DNA from: Raillietiella orientalis
Taxonomy: Eukaryota
Assembly: GCA_036172245.1 (NCBI GenBank)
Contig: JAYWIR010000004.1
Span: 3,658,001-3,722,000 of the forward strand
Length of the DNA: 64,000 nt
Direction of reading: 5' to 3'
Program-made: the position numbers and the translations under genes
Shown: one piece after another, positions 25,050 through 35,600 of the stretch
How the letters are laid out: every line of letters starts with the position of its first letter
Numbering within the stretch: the first letter of the stretch is position 1
Notes under the pieces: generated by a model
The model's input: the letters and a program-made list of their open reading frames with translations, nothing else
Told to the model about the DNA's origin: nothing
Database searches by the model: none

Positions 25050-27000
25050 TGCTCGGTGTGGTCGTGGTTCTTGGAACTGATCGAGCTGAGCAGACAGCTG
25101 GTTGATTCGTTCGATGTTGCCGTCGGGTTATGGAGGGGGGGGGGTCCATCTCACCGTCGTGTGATGTGAGCAAACAAAGCATCGCTACACGCATTAGGCC
25201 AATTGAGAAGTGCAGATAAAACATCCATCTTTTTTGACATGCCAAGTAATGCAGTCATAAATGAGAAAGTAGCAACAAGCACGGGCCCTTCGATACTGAG
25301 GGTTGCTACCATGCTAGCTCCTCTGGCTCACAGGGCTGAAGACTGCTACTCAACAACTTTGAATAATACTGTGTTCTGTAACAGCAGGACACAGTATCGT
25401 TTGAAGAAAACTGAACAAGAAGTTTCCGAGTCCCAGGTTAAGCAACTAGAAAACACTGGATTGGATGAGTTTCGTACCTACTGGTTAACTATTGCCTGGA
25501 ATAGGAGATCGGAGACAGTTTGCATGATAAATGGAAGGGGATCGAAGTTCGATATTCGGCAACTAGACCAGATCTCTGAATCGAATTCGCAGCCTCCCTC
25601 AAGTTTGGTTGCAAAGAACCAAAGTGCGGGAGATATTTTGGACGTTGCCTGCTGTTTGAAAATACAACAGCACAGTTCAGAAGTGTCCTTGAGGAGGAAG
25701 AGAAGTACCATTCTTTTGTCTCTCTCTTTTTGTCCAATACCAAACTACAGAATTCAGATAAAATCATCGTAGTCGGGTCTTTGGGATCATAGGATCTCAA
25801 CAACCGTGCAGTGCTTCGAGAGCTTGATTTTTCCTTGATGTATATGGAGAATATGAGAAAGCTCGTGATCCCATCTAATATCCATAGAGCATGGATCCTC
25901 AAGATCCATGCTCCTCCTCATCCAATAACAAAGGAACAGGACAATTGCTGAAACTCTATCAGCCAGACCACGCATTTGACGGACGTGAAGTTCCGACTCT
26001 TTGAAACGCCGATTCGATATTTTCTACATCTCCTTTAGGATGAACACTACAAGGCTTAGTTGACTCGACTGGACAGATGGTGGAGACTTCATTCCATCAT
26101 TTTTTTCTTATCCTCCATGCTATGTTCTGTAGAGGTCTCGTGCTCTGTTGAAAGAAAACCGCGTTATACGAGGACTGCTGACGTTTTTTTGGTCAACTTA
26201 TGCGAATCCGGTCATGTGGGGCCTACTGTATGAGATTTCGTAAACTGCGACATGTGGCGTATTTTCACAATTGAAAATTTCTGTTTGTTTAGCAAAGTAA
26301 CTTTTCAAGGGAGGTCTTAGAGTCGTTTTCATCAGTCATCATATGTTCTTACACCAGGTGGGAAAACCAAAAAGCTTCTCAGGCTGCTGATCAGCACTGT
26401 CAGTGAAATTCCAGTTATTGAGGAAACGTATTTACAGAATCCGAAATCAGCAGAGTAAAGAATCATCGTATGTTGAACGGGACGAACGAGACAGAATGGA
26501 ATGTGGCATGAAGATGCAATCACCAACGATAAGAACAATAGCGAAGTGAGTAATGGGAAGACCACGTGAAACGGGCACTTGCGGAAGTTGCCGAACGTTC
26601 GGATCCAGATTTCCTGCTTCCTGTTTCTACCTTTGCATTCCTTCACATATCCATGAAGTCACTACGGAAACAAAACCTCATGGGAGAGAGCTGATACCGA
26701 TTCTTCCTCATGGAGTTACTTTCGCTTTGTCAAAGGCCTATCTTCAGGATTTCGGCATACATTGAGGTGCAAAGCATTTCGTTTCTTATCGAAAAACCTG
26801 AGTGTACGGATTCTGAGCTACTGGGAAACCTTTTTGTACATTGAATAATGACACCACTCAGAATTGCTGGGATGGTGTCTTTTAGAAGCCATAGGGAAAG
26901 TAGGAAAAATGTCCTGGTGCCTGCCTTGTGGCTCATTCCGTCTTTCTGCTAATCTGAGAGAACCGACAAGTATCAGCTTCCATCTTCAGACTTACTTTCA
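25050..27000 (-). mobile_element. Decayed LINE reverse transcriptase relic
   Basis: Minus-strand remnants in RT order: AFDKA near 26730 (KAFD), VFPLLTSLLFLSLV (PLSPLLF), ILYSADF near 26450 (YADD). Many stops and frameshifts; boundaries approximate. Confidence 0.55.
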
Positions 27001-29215
27001 TTTGATTTTCTTTTCTATCTTTCGATATCTTTTCTGCTCTCTTCAGACTTCTTGTGGAACAAAGAAAGTGATAATAGACGCAAACTGACGTGTTGTGCTC
27101 ATTCGTGATAGAATTAACCCTTCAGTTGTATGGATGGAAGAAAGGAAGAAGGGATGGAAGGAATCATCAAACCACCTTTTGGTTAGATGATTTTTACCTC
27201 AGGAAAAAAGAATTCTCGAGGTATTTTCACTAGTATTCCGACGTTCATACTCTTCGCTCATTGGACATCTCCACGACTACATCACAGCATTTTTCACCAC
27301 GATTTGCCTGCTTATCCTCTATCTTACGTCTCACATTCCAGCAAGCATCTTTTTTTTTTCTTGATTTAATAACTAGCACAAGGAATCTATCAGGATATCC
27401 GTCTTCCATCCAATCAATCACGATCCTAATTCTATATTTTGTACTTGAATGACGAGAATTTTCTCCCTCTTACCGTCGATTCCATAGTTGTGGTCACACG
27501 AGCATACACATTCTAAACCCATTTATTTGAAACTCTCAGAGGCACCAACCAATGATTTCCATCTGTTTTTTTCTTCTTAATAGTAGAGTTCCGTTGGCAT
27601 GAAGCTTACGAGAAGGTTGATTGAGGGGTAGGTAAGAAAAATAACTGCGCTTGCAAAATCTCTTTCTTGGACTGCCTTTACTAAGAGTCCAGGATTACAT
27701 ATGGCACTTCCGGTACTGGAATTCGGATTTAGAAGGGTAGGGGATCGGATTAAATTTGTGTACCAGTTCTAATGATAGAAAAAAAATTAGGGGAGGGGAA
27801 AAGAGAGAAATCATGGAAACAGAACTGCAACGAATTCTAGAGATCTCTCTAAATAAATTTGTATGAGACCACGTTATCTTATTAGATTTGAAAACCACAG
27901 CAACAAAAGAAACACTCCATCACCTCCGAGAGGGGTATGCAGTAATATCCTTTAGGCTAAAAAAGAGGAACATCCAGACGCCATTAAGAAATATGCTACA
28001 TTGAATTTCAGTGTTGGATGGAATAAACGCATCCCAAAGTTCTCAGCACTCCGAGTCGCAGGCATTATCTTGTGGAAGTTGGGACCTAAGAGTCATTCAG
28101 TCTAAGGATCTGAGCTCCATTCCATTATTTCCTTGAAATTTGTGCGCATCCCTACTTCGGGTCTAAGGTATGCAGCATGAGCGCCATAGTAGGCTCACCC
28201 TTACTCAGAATACCACTTGAGTTTATAAGTCAGTTCTTTCTTTTTCATAATTCTAGCCCTCGATCATTCAATGATTTATCCGACAGCCAGATTCCCAGGA
28301 CGCTTATCCGATGCGAGTTATCACTGCTACATTATCATCCTTTGTTTTTCTGATTCTGACTGTTAACCACGCAAATATTTTGGTTTCCAAGTTTTTACAT
28401 TATGTACCATTCCTAAAGTTGCCGTTCGTTTTCATCTCAGGGTCGGAGGTCACTCGTACTTGGTTTTGGTGGGAAAAGCACTCAAGAAGAATCGAAGAAC
28501 CCCTCAGCAGTCACCGACGCTCAAAGTCTGCTTTTTTTTTTTTTTTTTTTCAGCTTGCTCGATTGGGTGCTCCAGGTGAAACAACTCGTGAAAACAATTC
28601 CTCTCAACTCCACCTACCCTCTTGGACGACTGCGTAGATGCAGCAATTTTCCGAGCATCTTCAAGGATTGCGCCACCTTTTTGCTGAAGTCAATTCTCAG
28701 GAAGATGATAAAAGTCGTTCGACTATAAGCAGACGGGAATGTGATTTCGAAATTCCAGTATCTTTAATTTATTTCTTAGCATAATATCTATAGATACTCA
28801 TGTATACGCTCCTCGGTCTTTCGTTCTTGGCAGAATAACATTAAAAAGAAAAGAAAAAAAAGCCAAAAGGTAAGGCCGCTTCGTGTCTATTGTGAACTGT
28901 TAACTGTTAGGTGTTAGAATACATGGATTGCACTCTTTCCCTACAAGCTGCTATCCCATCTTCCAAGTTTTTAACATCTTGACTCCCCTTCGAGCGCAGA
29001 ATTGTAGAAAGGTCGGTAGTTAGTTTTCCCATTTCTGCCTCTGCCGAAATTGTGACATACATACTGCGCTTGACTCTAAAATCTGAGGCCAGCATTCTGC
29101 ATCTGAAAGATGCTGTGAATGGAATCTTAGTGGACCGGACACCACATTAACAAACAACCTCGGCTCGAGTAAAGAAAGCGGCACCTATGAGCCGTGTTGT
29201 CGTACAAGGGAATGC

Positions 29216-29221
29216 TTTATT
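29216..29221 (-). promoter_or_regulatory. Polyadenylation signal AATAAA after distal aquaporin terminal exon
   Basis: Plus-strand tttatt at 29216-29221 reads AATAAA on minus, just downstream of the TGA at 29260-29258. Confidence 0.55.
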
Positions 29222-29257
29222 ACAGTGTTTGCACAGTCCTTAATCCTATGACGTCAT

Positions 29258-29416
29258 TCATAAATCCGTTATGCGGTTATTGTCGCTATCGTTTCCGATC
29301 GCTTCCTGGTATCTGCTCACACTGAGATCATCGATGTCATCGAAAGATTTGTCGAACGAGTTGTGGTACAAAACAGCTCCGGAAATTCCACCCAAGCACG
29401 GACCAAGCCAATACAC
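29258..29416 (-). CDS. AQP: Aquaporin terminal exon 5b (distal): TM6 plus tail ending ...NNRITDL*
   Basis: catttcag|[52 protein letters not shown]; phase 0; AATAAA about 40 nt after the stop. Confidence 0.85.
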   Translation of the reverse strand: MYWLGPCLGGISGAVLYHNSFDKSFDDIDDLSVSRYQEAIGNDSDNNRITDL

Positions 29417-29639
29417 CTGAAATGTACGGGCAGAGTTCTAACATTCAGATGGTTGCCAACAAGATGGTAGTGATCAGGGACAATGACACAGTAACAGAAT
29501 CACAAAGGACTGCTATTTATTCACACGGCTGTGAATACGAACCATACCAACGTAATTATGCTTATCCTTAGGAATGATTTCATCGGTCCTTTTTCGGTTT
29601 GCAATGTCTTACAATCAAGGTCATCTGCAGCCCAAGTGG

Positions 29640-29670
<31 letters not shown>

Positions 29671-32600
29671 TTTCATGCCTTTCGAAAACAGTCACGAAGG
29701 CATCTTCACATGCCCACTAATTGCCCACAACTCCATCTCAACGGGTGTTCAAAGATTGCTCGAGAATGAAGCTTCTTTCGATTTTCCAGAGAGTACGTGT
29801 CATCATAAGGAGGCACATCTTGTTTCCCAATGAGTGCGGTTTCCATCTTCTGTTCCTGCTCCTCCGTTCGCCCGTCCTCGGCCGAGCACTCGTGGCACAC
29901 GCGGACACGAAGAAAGGGGGTTGCACTGAACGAGCTACCCCAAAGGACCAGACTCCGCATCGCTTTTCGTTTTCGGACGCAGCGCACTTGCAGTCCCTGC
30001 GCGTTCCCGGAAGAAACGGCAACAGGGCGGCTTTGCGCAACGTTTTCGGACGTCAGCTGCAGTGAGGAAATGACGAGAGCAAGATTGAAAGGACGGATCT
30101 GCTGCAATTACAAAGTTGCAGCAGCGTAATAGTACAGATACGGAAGCGGAGTGCTAGGAACCCGGGATTCCGAGAAATGGGTTCTTCTTTTTCGCGTTTT
30201 CGCTGGAGCAGCAGGAGGGGTTCGAGGGCACGAGGCCCTGAAAAAGAGGTACACTAGGAAGAAAGATTTTCCGTTGGATTTTGGAACATTCAGAGGAAGA
30301 CTGGCTCGAAAAAGAGAAGGCATCCTAGGAGAATCCCAAGCCAGGGGTCCAGCTACATCGAGGTTCTTCCTGCTTATGGTTGCATTTGTAAAGATTCGCA
30401 TCAGGAAAGGGTTAATCAATGACGCGTCTTCAAGAAAAAGCACGTTTTCGTGAAGACGAGGCTATTTGTCGGACCACTTCAAGTTGGGAAAACACAACTT
30501 TCGGCTCAAGATCAGGATGATGTGGGTGGTGCCGCAGATGAGATCGGTCAGCGACGTAGAGATAAGCAGCGGAGAGGGTAGACGTCCGCGATCCTACGCC
30601 CGCAATTTCTAATAGCGAAAATGCAGCGGACGTGCGGACGAGCCGGAAGGCTTGAGCGATTATACAGAAGGTCCAAGAAGACGAGAGGGAAGCTCGCTCG
30701 CAGTTTCAGCAATGCAGCTAATCGTGCGATCTTGCTGCAGATCCGGTAGACCGGTTCGAAGAATGCCGGATCCGCGTCGAGAAAGATTTCAGGATCAGGG
30801 AGAGGAGGCGTATGTCAAGCATTGCGCGCCGTCATCGAGCTTGCTGCCACTGTACAGGGAAAGCAGATGCTTGCATCGGAAGCATTCAAGAGGAAGGGAA
30901 GGGTTCGAGGAAACGAGAACATCGCGTTTGCTTCCATCCTCCCGCGAATCGCACCGCGTGGATCCGTTTGGACAGAGAAGCACGGAGGAAGGGAGAGACG
31001 GACCGCTCCCCTCGCTTTTGCGCATTTTCCGACTCACAGCTCCGAGACCAACACCGGGTTCTCTGGACACTGAGTGCACGGAACTCAGCTGAATTTCTGT
31101 CCTTCGACTCTAGAAGTGAGTGGTCAGTCAACGGAAGGATCACACGGAAAAAGACGCGTTCGATTGGTTCGCAGCAGCAGCAGATCACTCATCCCGGGAG
31201 CCAGGATGAACTCCACAACTCGTGCGTGTTTTTTTTTCGGATTTTCTTTTTTTTGTTTGATCCGCTGAGTGCTGAGGAACCGTCCGCCTTCTTGGGGGAG
31301 ACTCACGGAGCTCTTTGACACTGCCCACGCCATCCGAGGGTGCGTGTAGCAACACTTCAAATTAGCGGGCAATTCCGTAGTGATCACCCTATGAATCCAG
31401 GAAGGGTCACGGAAAGAGTCCGTTCCCTTCTTACGCTTGGTTGGGAACCCTGAAAGGAACCCTTGCCATGGTTGTCTCCCAAGGTAACCCCGAAGGGAAA
31501 CCACTTCCTTATTCCCTCCGGAGTGATCTTCCCGGAGGGGGCCACTCATTTCTCCTCCAGAAGGAACCCGGAAAGGATCCTCTCCTAAGTTTCTTCCTCT
31601 GAAGAAACCCGCAAGGGAATAGCTCCTTGTTGCTCCTCTGAAGAGAACTCCGAAGGTAGCTTCCCAATTTTCCTGAAGGCCGCTCCCCGAAGGGAGTGGC
31701 GTGCTTCTTTGCACTCTGGAGAGGCATCAACCAAGCCCGGTGGGTCAACTTCCAATCCCGGCTAGTCAACGGGGCATTTGGAGGTTTCCGGCTTCCATCA
31801 GTGCCCCATCCGAAGCGCACAGACAACCAGTGTTCATCCTGCGGAGGAGTACTCGAAACCCCTGGCGCAAACCCCTTCTCGGCATCAGTCCTTCACGTGG
31901 GGATTCGAACCAACAACGTTTGGTGCCACCACGCGCGGAGACCGCAGCCACACGGCCGCCAGCTTATGTTTGGAAGTTGTGGAGGAGAGTTAACCTTTGC
32001 CTTTGTTGTTGTGGACAAGGCAGTGACTTTCTTCCTCCCAGTGTTCCCCCTTTCCGCATGGGTGCTCGTGAACTCTTGCTTCGTTCGGACCTCTTGGTGG
32101 CTGCCACGACAACCCCACGAAAAGAAAGCGCCCGATGAATTCGTTCCGATTTCACTCTGGTGAAATTCCTTGGATCATCCCAACGGAAGTCGTGGATCTT
32201 TTCTGAGCTTCTCAAACCGTTGGGATTAAGTGACGGGTGGTCCTCTGGACACGACGGGAGAAAAGCAGTGCTGTTTTCCACATCTGTCTCTAGGAAGATC
32301 TGGGAGCCATAGGGATCCTGTAGCAAGGAAGATGTATGCAACTCGAATCAGGTTCTATCCTTTCCAAGGAAAGCAAAAGAGCTGAAGGAGGAGACGGATG
32401 ACGAGCTACAGCTTTTACCTTCATCATCCTGAGCCGCTACAAGACTGCGCAAAGACTTATTCGACCTCTGATGATTATCACTGTGCCTATTGGGTGACTC
32501 TTCCGGCATTAGGCATTTGAGCCCTCTCATAAGAGTCTCTTCAATTTTCTCTTTCCAAGATCCTCTCTCTCATGCAGAAAATCCTCCTTTATTTCTTCCC

Positions 32601-35600
32601 CATTTCTCTCGAACGGATGTCTTCCTGTGCCCAAAACAGGTATAATTTCTTGGGTGGTTCCTTCTCGGAGAATTCGGTTTCCGTTGGTCACGTTTTGTAA
32701 CTGTTTGGTGTTGCCTGGAGTTCTGGAATTTTCTCTTCCAATGTTTTCGACTGCTAGCTGAAAAGGAATGCGGGAATCTCACTCAAGGTCGACTCCATGT
32801 TCCCGTTCCCCTTTCGATTCTTCACGATTTTCATCAGCTGCTTCAAAAGGAGCGAACATCCGGCATGTGCCCTAAGACAGCAGTAACTGAATCGGGATGC
32901 AGCTGCTGAAAATCGAAATTTTCACGGAAAATTTGGCCTTGTTTTATCCTCTCCGAGTTTACTCCTCCACTCTGTTGTCCAGGGCACACTGAGAGTGATC
33001 GAAGGCCGGAGTATCAGATCTTGTCTTCGGCCCTTTTTCTCATCACAATGTGATCGAAGTCTTCCCCTTGTGCAACTGTGCTGCTTTCTTTCTATTTTTC
33101 CAGAGAATCCAGAGCAACATGGAGTTTAGTTCACCTTTAGGTTCATGGGACACGTGTGTGCACTTCGCTTGCATACCACTCCTCTGCGAAGGGAGAGCGG
33201 TTCTCTTAGTGAGCCTCAGCCAGAATAACCAGAATAACTCACTTTTGCTTTCCTTTCCTCCTTGATGCTGCTGTGTGATTCTGTGCATTTATAAAACCAT
33301 CATTAGCATGCTCTTTTTCTGCCATATTACTTCCATGACTGCTGCCCAATGTCCTTTTTCCCTCTGAGAAGTACATCTCGCATGATATTTGCTTTCTTCC
33401 GGTTGATTCCATATTTGTCCACCAGATTAAGCAAAAGCAGCTTTTGAGAGGATCAACACCTGCGTTTCACAAATGGAAAATGAAGATGGGCGTTGGTGCT
33501 GCTTTGGAATCGCTGTAATGAAATCTCCCTCCATACGGAGGTATTTCGGTTTGCTCTGCCTCGCTGTTTCTCACTCTTTTTGTGGTCCGGCACGTCCGGA
33601 AAAACGCCTACTTCTACTGTAACTCTTAACTGGGCAGTTTAACTGTAACTCTTACTGCCCAGTTTCCAAGAGAAGCTCACTGTCTTCTGCCCATTAGAGT
33701 TCCGCATTCTGTTCTTCATCCATTTTTTCTGCAACGTCTCGGACTTCGTGTGCAGCTGGTTTCGATCGCTTTTTTTAAAATTCTTTTTTGAAGGAAGCTG
33801 GTATCTACAAAATTGCAGCCATTCTGAGAGGAACTCTGCTAGCTTCTAGTGCCAAACAGCGCATCAGCACCAGGGAGGAATACGAGAAGAGGTTGTTTGG
33901 ACTTCGACTTGTCTCAAGAAACGAGAGCAATGCCATAGCAAGTGAGCATCTTCAGATCCAAAACAGATGAGATCGATCGGTGAAACTACTGAATGCTGTT
34001 GTAGTTTTCTGAAGTCTTTGAATCACTACCATTAATAATGTTATAGAAAACCATGTATATTAGGTATTATTTATAAGAAGCTATACTATTTGTAATGAGC
34101 AAGTTTCCTCAATAGCGGTAATAGGCATTTTATGTCAGCTTTGGAAATGTTTTGCGGAAATGTATTGAAAAAAAAAAAAAAAAAAATGCAGCCATTCTGT
34201 TGCTCCGCGTGAGAATCCCGTCTTCAATGAACGAGAGTTGACAGTTTCGGACTAATTTTGCAGTAAGGTAGATGCTTATCACACCAGGTGCTCTACTCTC
34301 GGTCATTCTCACTTTTCATCCTTTCCATCTACCACATGTTTATACGCATGTGGTATTGGGTACTGGATGAGCACATTCACGAGCATCACTCACTCATTCC
34401 GGAACCTGAGTTTCAGATAGCACGCAACGTAGCCAAATTCAGATCACGCACAAAACCACGGAGGAAATTCTTGCAAGAGGAATGCTCAAAGATTAAGAAC
34501 GAATTTCCGACCATTCGATCCCGTGCAAAAAGCTCGGTCAACGATCGGTACTTCAGTTTTTCATAGGCAGCGTTTCGCGGGGGTTATTCCCAGGGTCATC
34601 GCGGTTACTTGAACTCACGGTTAAAGTCTTCTCCATACAAAACGGTAACAGCGGAATTTTTTGCCATGTCGTTCTTACAAGATATCTTTCAAGGGAAGCC
34701 TTTCTCATCGAATGGTTCCTCGGCATTATTTGTTCCTGCCATATCATCTTCGCAACTTTTATACGGCTGGAATCGATTACTAAAGATGATTGTATATAGC
34801 GCGGCTGCCACCGTCCCTCCTAACAAAGGACCAAACCAGTACACCTAGAAATACATCCAAGTAATTAAGACAAGTGCTGTTTCTCTTACGCTGTATTTTT
34901 TGAAGAATCGTTTTCGACTTCACACACATCCTGATTTCAATCTGCATTTCTGTGGCAAAATGATAAGCCTTGGTTTACTAAGCAACTACCTTGCAAAATC
35001 TTTGCCTTTTCCCTAATTAGGGAACCCACAAAGACATTTCAGTGTTTTCGCAATGTATTTCCAATAATGGAACGTAACGAGTTAATCTGTTCAACAGGAA
35101 TCTGACCTCTCATTTTGATGTGTGTGTGTGTGCGTGTGTTTTTCTTGCTCATTCATGCCATGAATGAATAAGAAAAAACTTTCTTCATGACATCGTCATA
35201 ACGTCAAACGTGCTCAGAATCCTAACCCTTATCGCTTCTTATCTATAATTGGTGCTCGTGGGAAAATGCAAATTGCAAAACCCTTCTATCAATACGACAA
35301 AGAACTGCAAACGGAAGAAAAAAAAATTAAGATGGGGTTTCGATACCATTTCAGTGGTTACTTAGGATGCTTGACAAGTAGAACAAAGGGTTTCCGTGGG
35401 CATCGTAAATTACGATTCTGAAGATTTTACAAGAGCACAGATTCTCCGAGGGTACGCGAACAACGAACAGGCTCTTCCCAGTGGATTGAGACGCTTAAAA
35501 GACTGAAGGAAAGCTCGATTCAGACTCGGTAACTGCTTACTGTGGAGTACCACTATGGAGCCAACGCGTTCCGTTAATAAGGACTTTCGCCACTTGTGGA

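Noticed and set aside
17000..29200. A third aquaporin terminal exon or a second aquaporin gene downstream
   Set aside because: Scanning by eye found no further YW.GP or NPA-coding segments; a tblastn would be needed to be certain.
29255..34691. AQP4-type stop-codon readthrough at either aquaporin stop
   Set aside because: Contexts are TGA-AAG and TGA-ATG, not the UGA-CUAG readthrough motif.
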